NCBI GenBank assembly: GCA_019234295.1
Contig: JAFALK010000030.1
Coordinates: 1 to 24,000, forward strand
Reading direction: 5' to 3'
Origin: Roseateles sp.
Lineage (GTDB): Bacteria; Pseudomonadota; Gammaproteobacteria; Burkholderiales; Burkholderiaceae_C
DNA length: 24,000 nt
Part shown: one piece after another, positions 9,021 through 15,961 of the stretch
How positions within the stretch are numbered: position 1 is the stretch's first letter
Layout: every line of letters starts with the position of its first letter
Made by a program: the position numbers and the translations under genes
Notes under the pieces: generated by a model
Seen by the model: the letters and a program-made list of their open reading frames with translations, nothing else
Databases searched by the model: none
What the model was told of the DNA's origin: nothing

Positions 9021-9228
9021 CAAATCTGTTTCGACGGAGCACCGGGCATGCGCTCCGTGCCCCGTCGATCTGCAGTGATTGCACCACCAGGGTTGCGTCG
9101 TACGTCGCACTCAGGGCCCGCTTCAGTTCCTGCTTCTTTACTGGCGTCTGCTTCGAAGCCTGGGTCACCATCCTCTTGAGATCGCGGCCAAGCATGGTCG
9201 GCTCCCTACGCTTGTCGGCCATGTACAC
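9010..9228 (-). CDS. Doubtful small ORF (72 aa), basic, no recognised family
   Basis: MYMADKRREPTMLGRDLKRMVTQASKQTPVKKQELKRALSATYDATLVVQ... The first two thirds have moderate GC3. The C-terminal part runs through the 9034-9058 hairpin and overlaps the convergent gene by 11 nt, which argues against it being real. Confidence 0.2.
   Translation of the reverse strand: MYMADKRREPTMLGRDLKRMVTQASKQTPVKKQELKRALSATYDATLVVQSLQIDGARSACPVLRRNRFATC
9034..9058 (+). terminator. Hairpin just after the 8553..9020 gene
   Basis: acggagc (9034-9040) and gctccgt (9052-9058) form a 7-bp stem with an 11-nt loop, 14 nt after the stop codon. There is no clear U-tract. Confidence 0.25.
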
Positions 9229-9314
9229 GCGGCTCTAACAGCCGGTTCCGGGCACCTGATCGGCTCAGGCCGCACCTGCTGTCAAGTCGTTGGCGCACAT
9301 CGTCGGGGCGGGGT

Positions 9315-9639
9315 TCAGCGCGATCGCAGCAAAACGGCCGTGCCCGGCGGCATCAGCACGCTGACGCTGCCGCCGCTGTTGGAGACCGGTGCCGGTAGTT
9401 GCGGCTGCCAGCTGTCAGCTGCCCGCTGCCATCGGCCGCCATCTGAGCGCCGCCCAACAGTTGGCCGGTGGGGCGTCCACGCCACTGCCGGTGAGCCGCA
9501 GTGGGTCGAAGCTGGCCGGGGCGCTGGCGCCGCGGCTTGTGTCCAAGGCCACTTGCAGCGCTCGGTTGTGGTCCTTGTTCAGCAGCAACAGATTGAGTCC
9601 GCCTCCATTCCGGTCTCCTTGGCTAGGCCAGGCAGCGGG
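9315..9639 (-). pseudogene. Frameshifted remnant of the C-terminal beta-sandwich domain of a glycoside hydrolase
   Basis: My translation directly downstream of the hydrolase stop, in the same frame, reads PAAWPSQGDRNGGGLNLLLLNKDHNRALQVALDTSRGASAPASFDPLRLTGSG. A second frame continues TGQLLGGAQMAADGSGQL. A third ends WQPQLPAPVSNSGGSVSVLMPPGTAVLLRSR* (stop at complement of 9315-9317). Patterns such as LNLLLLNKD...V.L and V.VL.PPGTAVLL are typical of GH C-terminal domains. There is no N-terminal catalytic part, and the + strand ORFs 9079..9762 and 9389..9799 are its antisense shadow. Confidence 0.35.
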
Positions 9640-10428
9640 TCAGGCGAGCCACTCACGTACCACGCGGTTGAACTCCTCAGGCTGCTCGATCATCACCCAA
9701 TGCCCCGTCTCGAAGGCCTCCACCCGGTTTCCGGTGCGGGCGCGCAGCCGCTCAAGCCATGACTCGGCGTGGAACATGAAGGGCTTGCGCTTGCCGTAGA
9801 TGAACAGCATCGGGCATTCGGGCCGGAAGCGGCGTCCCTCGCGACGATACGAATTCTTTCTCGCCCACCAGGTCATGTAATACGCATAGCCCTGCTGCGC
9901 GCCCCGGTGGGGTTCCTGAGTGGGGCAGCGGACCAAGCTCACCATCCACAGCGCCATCCAGTCGCCCAGCCGACCGCCGATGCGCCAGGCCAAGGCGAGC
10001 CAGTTCTGGTAAGCGGCGATCAGCAGCAGCACGCGCGTGCTGGCTTCAGCTCGCAATGTCCCGGTGTCGCCAACGTCCACGCCGACGATGCGCTTCACTC
10101 TCTGCGGAAAGCGACTGTAGAACTGGTAGCCGAAGAAACAGCCCCAATCGTGCAACAGCAGGGTCACGGGCGCGCCGGGGCTGACGGCATCGACGACGCG
10201 CTCGAAGAAGCCGCACAACTCGTCCAGCGTGTGCGCGCGTCGCTTCGCGCCAGCCTCGAAGCCGGGCAAGGTGAAGCGTGCGCAGCGGTAGTCGGCACTC
10301 AGGGCCTCGACCTGATGATCCCAGAGCCGACACGTGTCGGGCCAGCCGTGGATCATGAGAATCGTCTCGGGGCCGCTACCCTCGATCCAGATGGGAACGC
10401 CGTCGACGACTAGAGGGCTTGAGCTCAT
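9640..10428 (-). CDS. Alpha/beta-fold hydrolase (epoxide hydrolase / dehalogenase-like, Asp nucleophile)
   Basis: 262 aa. Oxyanion motif MIHGWPD (HGxP), nucleophile elbow LLLHDWGCFFG, and C-terminal catalytic His in ETGHWVMIEQPEEF. Confidence 0.85.
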   Translation of the reverse strand: MSSSPLVVDGVPIWIEGSGPETILMIHGWPDTCRLWDHQVEALSADYRCARFTLPGFEAGAKRRAHTLDELCGFFERVVDAVSPGAPVTLLLHDWGCFFGYQFYSRFPQRVKRIVGVDVGDTGTLRAEASTRVLLLIAAYQNWLALAWRIGGRLGDWMALWMVSLVRCPTQEPHRGAQQGYAYYMTWWARKNSYRREGRRFRPECPMLFIYGKRKPFMFHAESWLERLRARTGNRVEAFETGHWVMIEQPEEFNRVVREWLA

Positions 10429-10566
10429 GGCGGCGCATTCTGGAGGAACTCGCAGGCGATGTCATCTGCCGACGGATTGATGCTGGCAAGCTCAGTTGAA
10501 GATCGGGTTCCGGCCACGAGCCCACGGCGGCGACTGGCAGCTCCCTGGCGATTTGCCAAGCACGCG

Positions 10567-11436
10567 TCAGATCAGTCCGGGCCAGCGGTCTGCGCCCGCC
10601 TGGGCGTGCGCCACCTGCAGCGCCAACAAGGTCTCGCCTTGTAGTGGGCCGCGCTCGACGGCCTCGATGCCCTCGCGCAGGCGCGCCAAGCTGCGCGTTC
10701 CGATCAGCACGCTGCTGATGCCTGGCGTGAACGCTGTCCAGCGCAGTGCCAGTTCGGGCCAGGGCAGACCCAGATCGGGCAGGTGCAGTTCTTGCCAGCG
10801 GTCCCAGTACTGTCCCTCGCAGAAGTCGTCTGGACGCTGATGGCGCGCCCAAGCCAGGCCTGCCAGGGTGCGCTTGGCCAACACGCCCTTGGCGGTGTGG
10901 GCGATCTGCGCCTTGTTGGCCGGGTCGACCAGGCTGAGGCTGCATTGCACGCTGCTAAAGCGCGCATCAAGCAGCGCGTATGCAAGTTCGGCGTTCTCCC
11001 CCGAGTAGGCGGCCACGCGCAGCTTGCCGGCCTTCACGCAGTCGGCCAGGGCCTCGCACACCTCGCCGCGTTGCAACACATGCAGTGGGCATGAGTGCAG
11101 GTGTCCGATGTCGATGAAGTCGGTCTGCAGCTGACGCAGTGCACGTTCCACGCCCTGCACGATGCAGGGGTAGGTCCAGTCAGCCACGCCTTCCACGCCG
11201 TAGCCAAACTTGGTGGAGAGGACGAGCTCGTGACGGCGGTGCCTTAGGTGCCGACCGATGCGCTCTTCGCTGCGGCCATAGCCACGTGCGGTGTCGATCA
11301 GGTTGACGCCGAGGTCGAGCACGCCGTTCAGAAGGCGGCCAATCTCTGCCTCGTCGTCGATGCCGTCGAAGTGCATGGCGCCGAAGCCCACGCGGGTCAC
11401 CAACAGGCCGGTTTGGCCGAAAGGTAAAGGTGTCAT
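10567..11436 (-). CDS. Aldo/keto reductase
   Basis: The track ORF is 421 aa (10567..11832), but the AKR homology starts at MTPLPFGQTGLLVTRVGFGAMHF (ATG at complement of 11434-11436). An alternative start is MGLAVRD at 11457. AKR catalytic tetrad context is present: IDTARGYG (D, Y), LSTKFG (K), IGHLHS (H). The 132 upstream in-frame codons are Arg/Ala-rich and look non-coding. Confidence 0.88.
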   Translation of the reverse strand: MTPLPFGQTGLLVTRVGFGAMHFDGIDDEAEIGRLLNGVLDLGVNLIDTARGYGRSEERIGRHLRHRRHELVLSTKFGYGVEGVADWTYPCIVQGVERALRQLQTDFIDIGHLHSCPLHVLQRGEVCEALADCVKAGKLRVAAYSGENAELAYALLDARFSSVQCSLSLVDPANKAQIAHTAKGVLAKRTLAGLAWARHQRPDDFCEGQYWDRWQELHLPDLGLPWPELALRWTAFTPGISSVLIGTRSLARLREGIEAVERGPLQGETLLALQVAHAQAGADRWPGLI

Positions 11437-11485
11437 GTCGCGAACTGCCAAGCCCATGCTCGGCGCAGTTTCCGTTTGAGAGTGT

Positions 11486-11508
11486 CGCGTGCGGCGCGGC
11501 CGCACGCG
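11486..11508. other. Perfect 10-bp GC-rich palindrome/hairpin with 3-nt loop
   Basis: cgcgtgcggc gcg gccgcacgcg lies 30-50 nt upstream of the AKR start on the minus strand. It could be a protein-binding palindrome or an RNA hairpin. Confidence 0.5.
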
Positions 11509-11612
11509 TGCGTGATCGGCCAGTCTATACGGCTCAGTTGCGGAGCGCAGGTACAGCCAAGCAAGTCGTCGTTCGATATTCGTGGCTGCGACCGCTACCG
11601 CGTTGGGCCTGT

Positions 11613-11646
11613 CCGCCGCCATAAGCCGCCGCCATAAGCCGCCGCC
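11613..11646. repeat. Short tandem duplication, 13-bp unit ccgccgccataag x2 plus 8 nt
   Basis: Read directly: ccgccgccataag ccgccgccataag ccgccgcc, in the 635-bp non-coding gap between the porin and AKR genes. Confidence 0.8.
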
Positions 11647-12071
11647 TACGAGTGTCTGCTTGCCGGCGCCACATTGATACCACCGTTCAATGCATGCGCC
11701 CTTGACGCCTAGAGCAAACCTCAAGCTGATTGCGTTGTGGGGCACGATCCTGACCGCTTGAGCCATCTTCATGAGCTCCGTGGCTGTCCTGCCTGCCGCC
11801 ATGTTGGATGTCGCAGGGAGCGTCGCTGGCATGCTTCAGGCCAACGCTGTCAGGGGCCGGCACGCTTCTGTTCGGCGTGCCGAGCCCGCCATGGATGTGA
11901 GACGTGCGCTCGTCGCCTCGCTTCCCGGGGAAGATGCTATGTAAGACGTCTCGCGCCCGCGACCTGAGCTACAAACAGGGTCAAGGTGGCCGCCGAAGCG
12001 AGCGCGCATCGCTGATGTTTCGCAAGTGCAGCGCTTCGATCACGACCGCCATGACGCAAGACGCCTCCCCC

Positions 12072-13478
12072 TCAATACTCGGCGTGGATCCGAAGCCCGA
12101 AAACTGACACCGGTCCCCGGTCGGCGTTGTAGGCCGGGTTGCGCACGTATTGGTAGTCGGCGGTGATGCTCAGGGCCTTGCCCAGGCGAGCGTTGTAGTA
12201 GGCCTCGAGGATCTGCTCCGTCGCGTAGTGCAGCAGCTGGCCGTCGCCGATCACGATGCCCAAGCCTGCGGTTGCGAAGTACTGCCGGGCGTTAGCGGAC
12301 AAGCCGTTCCTCGCCAGCGCCAAGCCCGCACTGTGTTCGGGCTGGCCCCAAATGCGGCCCTTGACCTGCAGGCCGCCAGAGACGGACTCGTTGATGTCGG
12401 TGAAGTCGTACGCCTCGGTGCGGCCGTCGTTTCGGCTGTAACGCAGGAAGGCACCCGCGTCCGGGGCCAGCTCCTGCTCGGCGTTGATGACAAAGCCTTG
12501 CTTGCGCCGGCGCTGGCGCAAGGGCGCCAGATCGCTCGGCATCTCATCGCTCGCCTGGGCCTGATTGAGCGCATCAGCGTAGCTGGCCATACGAGCTTGC
12601 GTCAGGAAGCCGAGAAGTCGCACCGCGCCGGGATGCCCCATCCAGCTGTAGCGCCGCTCGACCTCGGCGATCCACTGACGCTGCTTGAACGTGCCGTCGA
12701 TGGTCATGTCATTCGGCCGCTTGGACATGGCCATCAGGCCGCCGCGCAGCGACCAGTCGCCGCGGGTCCACTCCGCCGCGCCGCCGCTGGTGAATCCCCA
12801 GGAATCGGCGGCGTAGTCGAAGGCCCCGCCGTCGATGATCGACCAATTCAAGAAATCCGCGCGAGGGTCGTGCGCGTAGGCGTTGGTGTCGAAGATGTCC
12901 ACGACGGAGAACTTGCCGAGGGTCAGCGTGATGCGGTCATCCGGCCGCGAGCCGGCCAACTGGTTGGCATCGGATTCGACCTCGCTGAGGGCCTCTCCCA
13001 ACGCGAAGGTCTGCCGCAGGAACGCGCGTGGCAGGCGCCCGTAGACGCTGTCGTGGCCGACCTTGTAGGCCTCGCCGCTCGTAAAACCGGCGACCCCCAG
13101 CGTGCCGGCCAGGCCGAAGCCCTGATCGAGTTCCGGGTTGAGGTAGATCTCACCGCCATTCCAGACCCGCACGCCCAGGAACAGAGTGGCGTCGAAAGTT
13201 TCTTTGGCGCTTTCATGGGAGGGCAGGCTGTTGGCGCCCGCGTAAGGCGAATTGAAACTGCCGTGTTTTTGCGTCATGTCGGTCAGCTGCACGTGCCAGC
13301 CCCAGGATTCGGGCGCGCTTTGCGGTGTTGCCGCCGGCGTGCTGGTCGGTGTCTCCTCGGGTTGCGGCGTCTGGGCCAGGGCCGGGGCGCCCAGCAGCGC
13401 GAGCGCCAGCAGGAGGGTTGCGGAGCGGGTGGCGCGCGCGTCAGAAGCGCAGGCAGCTTGGGTGATCCACTTGAACAT
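12072..13478 (-). CDS. OprB-family outer-membrane porin (carbohydrate-selective porin family; possibly MnoP-like)
   Basis: The track ORF of 764 aa is over-extended. The real start is MFKWITQAACASDARATRSATLLLALALLGAPALA-QT (ATG at complement of 13476-13478), with a signal peptide and a Pro/Thr-rich linker. Beta-barrel sequence follows with OprB-like blocks (SPYAGANSL, FLGVRVWNGGEIYLNPELDQGFG, TLGKFSVVDIFDTNAYAHDPRADFLNW, YDFTDINESVSGGLQVKG) and a terminal aromatic ...GLRIHAEY. Confidence 0.88.
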   Translation of the reverse strand: MFKWITQAACASDARATRSATLLLALALLGAPALAQTPQPEETPTSTPAATPQSAPESWGWHVQLTDMTQKHGSFNSPYAGANSLPSHESAKETFDATLFLGVRVWNGGEIYLNPELDQGFGLAGTLGVAGFTSGEAYKVGHDSVYGRLPRAFLRQTFALGEALSEVESDANQLAGSRPDDRITLTLGKFSVVDIFDTNAYAHDPRADFLNWSIIDGGAFDYAADSWGFTSGGAAEWTRGDWSLRGGLMAMSKRPNDMTIDGTFKQRQWIAEVERRYSWMGHPGAVRLLGFLTQARMASYADALNQAQASDEMPSDLAPLRQRRRKQGFVINAEQELAPDAGAFLRYSRNDGRTEAYDFTDINESVSGGLQVKGRIWGQPEHSAGLALARNGLSANARQYFATAGLGIVIGDGQLLHYATEQILEAYYNARLGKALSITADYQYVRNPAYNADRGPVSVFGLRIHAEY

Positions 13479-13567
13479 ATTCTCTATTTGGAAGTTATAG
13501 GGCGAAGCAAGGCCCGCCGGCACGTCTTTATCGACGCCGCGGATGCAATGGCGATGACGGTGAAGGG

Positions 13568-15217
13568 TCAGGCGTGCGCGAGCGCCAACTGCAGCACACG
13601 CACGATGGCCATGACAACGGCCACGAACAAGTACAGGCGCAGCACACCCATCCACAGCCGGGTTGAGGGCGTGAGCGGTGCCGGGGCCAAGGTGTGCAAG
13701 GGCGGCATGCGCCACAGCACCATGGGCTGCGTGGTCTCGCTGCCGGGCGCTGCCGCGCCCAAGGAAGGCGCGGCAAGGCGATAGGCCCGTACCGCGAGGG
13801 TGCTCAGCCCGATGACGGCAGTGAGCACGCCGCCGCCGACCAGAATCGCGATGATCTGGTCCTCGCTGATATCGGGGAATGCCACTGCGGCCGTCAGCAC
13901 GGTCGACAGGATGACGAGTACCGCCACGACAGCCGAGGTGAAGGCATTCGTGAGCTTGCCGTTGACCCAGGGGCCGAGCACCTGCTTGTCGTTGCACAGC
14001 AGCAGCAAGAAGACCGAGGCGCTGGGCAGCAGCACGCCGGCCAAGGTCTGCACGGCGTTGGTCAGCAGCCCGAGCGGCACGCCGGGCAGCAGCACCAGCG
14101 CTGCTGCGAGCACGATCAGTCCGCAATAGACGAAGTAAAAGCCCTTGGCCTCGCCGGGCTTGCGGTGCAGCGAGTGGTTCATCGACAGCACGTCGCCCAC
14201 GGCATAGGCGGTCGATAGGGAAACGGCCGCCGCGCCGATCACGCTGGCGTCGATGAGCGCCAGCGCGAACAACGTTCCCGCCCAATGCCCGTGGTAGTGC
14301 GCGAGACCCTTCGCCACCGCAAGCGCATCGGCGAACGCGCCGAACTCGGGCTTTCCGGCAAAGCAAAATGCCACGAGGCTGATGAGCGCGACGGCTCCCA
14401 GTACCACCAGCACGATGCCCAGCCAGAGATCCAGCCGCTCATAGCGAATGAAGCGCGGCGTAATGCGCTTGTCGATCACGTAGCTTTGTTGGAAGAACAA
14501 CTGCCAGGGCGCCACTGTCGTTCCGACGATGCCGATGATCAGCAGCATCACGTCGCTGAGCTTGGCGTCCTTGGGCAGCTGCACGGTGGCGAAGTCGCGC
14601 ACCAGCTGCCCCATCGGCGGATGGACCATCACGAACAGCGGCAGCAACACCAGGCTGCCGAGCACCAGGCTCAGCGCAAAGCGCTCGAAGCGGCGGAAGT
14701 CCCCGGTCCCGGCGGCCACCATCACCAGCATCGCGGCGATGCCGACGCCAACAATCCTTGGAATTCCCAGATAGTCCAGCCCCAGCGCGATGCCGATGAA
14801 CTCGGTCACGATCGTCAGCGCGTTCAGCAGGAACAGGTCAATCACGCTGAAGGCACCCCAGAAGCGGCCGAAACGCTCGAGGATCAGCCGCGCATGACCG
14901 ACCCCGGTCACGGCCCCCAGGCGCAGCACCATCTCCTGGTTCACATAGAGCACGGGGATCAGCAGCGCTAGCGTCCACAGCAGCGTAGTGCCGTAGTTCT
15001 GCCCGGCCTGCGCGTAGGTCGAAAAAGCCCCCGCATCGTTGTCACCCACCATCACGATCAGTCCCGGGCCGAGGATGGCCAGCAGCATTTTCAAGCGCTG
15101 CATGAGCTTGGGCTCGTGTTGGGAGTCGGTGAGCTTGATCGTTCCCAGCGCACCGCGAATATCGCCGACATGGGCGGCGTCCAGCACGGCCGAAGTCATC
15201 GCACGTGTGTTTTCCAT
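13568..15217 (-). CDS. NRAMP/SLC11-family cation transporter with a non-canonical metal-binding site (NRMT-like), 549 aa
   Basis: SD aggaga 6 nt before the ATG. NRAMP-type TM1 region is LAILGPGLIVMVGDNDAGAFSTYAQAGQNYG and TM6 region is LLIIGIVGTTVAPWQLFFQQSY. I count about 13 hydrophobic segments, with two extra C-terminal ones (IIAILVGGGVLTAVIGLSTLAV and LWMGVLRLYLFVAVVMAIVRVL). The canonical DPGN and AxxMPH motifs are replaced by DAGA and TxxAPW. Confidence 0.9.
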   Translation of the reverse strand: MENTRAMTSAVLDAAHVGDIRGALGTIKLTDSQHEPKLMQRLKMLLAILGPGLIVMVGDNDAGAFSTYAQAGQNYGTTLLWTLALLIPVLYVNQEMVLRLGAVTGVGHARLILERFGRFWGAFSVIDLFLLNALTIVTEFIGIALGLDYLGIPRIVGVGIAAMLVMVAAGTGDFRRFERFALSLVLGSLVLLPLFVMVHPPMGQLVRDFATVQLPKDAKLSDVMLLIIGIVGTTVAPWQLFFQQSYVIDKRITPRFIRYERLDLWLGIVLVVLGAVALISLVAFCFAGKPEFGAFADALAVAKGLAHYHGHWAGTLFALALIDASVIGAAAVSLSTAYAVGDVLSMNHSLHRKPGEAKGFYFVYCGLIVLAAALVLLPGVPLGLLTNAVQTLAGVLLPSASVFLLLLCNDKQVLGPWVNGKLTNAFTSAVVAVLVILSTVLTAAVAFPDISEDQIIAILVGGGVLTAVIGLSTLAVRAYRLAAPSLGAAAPGSETTQPMVLWRMPPLHTLAPAPLTPSTRLWMGVLRLYLFVAVVMAIVRVLQLALAHA

Positions 15218-15243
15218 TCTTGTTCTCCTGCAAGCAATGGAGC

Positions 15244-15426
15244 TCAGCGGCGCGAGCCGTAGGAGTCGACGAGCAGGCTGAAGCCGCTACGCTGCGGTGG
15301 CTGACCTGCAGGCTGCAAGGCCCGTTGAATCAGCCGGCTCGCATGTTGGCGCAACAGCGAACGCGTGGCGTTGAGCGGCCGGGCCGCGACGGGAATCTTG
15401 CGAATCGAGGAAATGAGGAAGGACAT
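15244..15426 (-). CDS. Small basic ORF (60 aa) immediately upstream of the NRAMP-like gene
   Basis: MSFLISSIRKIPVAARPLNATRSLLRQHASRLIQRALQPAGQPPQRSGFSLLVDSYGSRR. A strong SD sits at good spacing (ccgcaAGGAGAaacctATG). By my count GC3 is about 80 percent, similar to neighbouring genes. The stop lies 26 nt before the NRAMP start. It has no TM segment and no recognised family. Confidence 0.45.
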   Translation of the reverse strand: MSFLISSIRKIPVAARPLNATRSLLRQHASRLIQRALQPAGQPPQRSGFSLLVDSYGSRR

Positions 15427-15429
15427 AGG

Positions 15430-15486
15430 TTTCTCCTTGCGGTTTGGCGGAGAAACCGAGGCACTCAGTCGAGCGTCGTCCTCCGC
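15430..15486 (-). promoter_or_regulatory. Leader with mutually exclusive helices, one of which sequesters the SD of the small ORF
   Basis: Minus-strand RNA reads GCGGAG(15452-15447 region)...UUUCUCCGCcaaaccgcaAGGAGAAAcc-AUG. UUUCUCC can pair with GGAGAAA, the SD, in a 7-bp stem with a 12-nt loop. Alternatively CUCCGC pairs with the upstream GCGGAG (6 bp). On the + strand the elements are tttctcc 15430-15436, ggagaaa 15449-15455, gcggag 15447-15452 and ctccgc 15481-15486. Confidence 0.3.
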
Positions 15487-15944
15487 AGCCGAGCCGCGCG
15501 GTTGGTTAGCGTCAAATCAGATGATGGGTGAGGCGCGCGCTGGCGCCTACTAGGGTCGGGATCCAAGCGTTCCTCCGTTCAGAATTGAAGACAGATATGG
15601 CTCACGCCCTTAGCGGGCAAGCAGCTGGGCACTATCGGGCCAAGCCAGCAGACCCGCACGCAAGCGGCGTGTCGGCCAAATGGTCAAGGCATCCAGTGCA
15701 GCGGAATTGACGGGGTCCAGAGACTGAGAGGACATTCCAGCCGCGGCCGGTCGCGCACGCCGCGACGGCGGCACGGCGAGCGCTCCACGCTCGGTCTTCG
15801 TCAGGGCTTCACGGTCTTGCAGCATGTCCAGTCCTCGGGCAAAGCCGGGCACCGCCATGCGCGCACAGAGCAAGCAAACGCGTCGAGCCCGGACACGCGC
15901 ACGCGCGTCATGGCTCGAACAACAGTGAATCAGAGTGGGGAGAA

Positions 15945-15961
15945 AAGCCCCGCAAGGGCTT
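15945..15961 (-). terminator. Weak orphan intrinsic-terminator-like hairpin (minus-strand orientation)
   Basis: Minus strand reads AAGCCC ttgcg GGGCTT followed by ttctcccc. The stem is 6 bp and its 3' TT plus the following TTCT give GGGCUUUUCU. No annotated minus-strand gene lies upstream of it. Confidence 0.3.

Noticed and set aside
9579-9620. Tiny ORF MEADSICCC* with a very good SD (aaggagaccggaATG) on the minus strand
   Set aside because: It lies inside the glycosidase remnant, where the SD-like string simply encodes QGD in the ancestral frame. Nine codons is too short to support without conservation or expression data.
11437-11832. 132-codon in-frame extension upstream of the aldo/keto reductase
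   Set aside because: It has no AKR homology, poor composition, and contains the tandem 13-mer and the GC palindrome. AKR proteins normally begin a few residues before the ...G.TGL.V..LGFG block, which here is at 11436.
12150-13784. 544-aa + strand ORF
   Set aside because: It is antisense to the porin gene and is Arg/Gly/Ala/Val-rich, typical of the shadow frame in high-GC genes. It has no motifs.
13479-14366. N-terminal 295 aa of the 764-aa minus-strand ORF 12072..14366
   Set aside because: It is Arg/Ala/Gly-rich low-complexity sequence (RRVRRCACGGEGSRALPRALGG...) that overlaps the NRAMP-like gene out of frame. The porin homology, signal peptide and a sensible ATG all begin at 13478.
15427-15960. 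Search for an M-box (Mg2+) or second yybP-ykoY riboswitch upstream of the NRAMP-like cluster
   Set aside because: On the relevant minus strand I find only loose fragments, such as GACGCUAA and CCCUAGUAGGCGCC. These lack the conserved GGGGAGUAG/UUGACAUA/GCAAGACC blocks or the M-box core. This is not sufficient, and cmsearch should be run to be sure.
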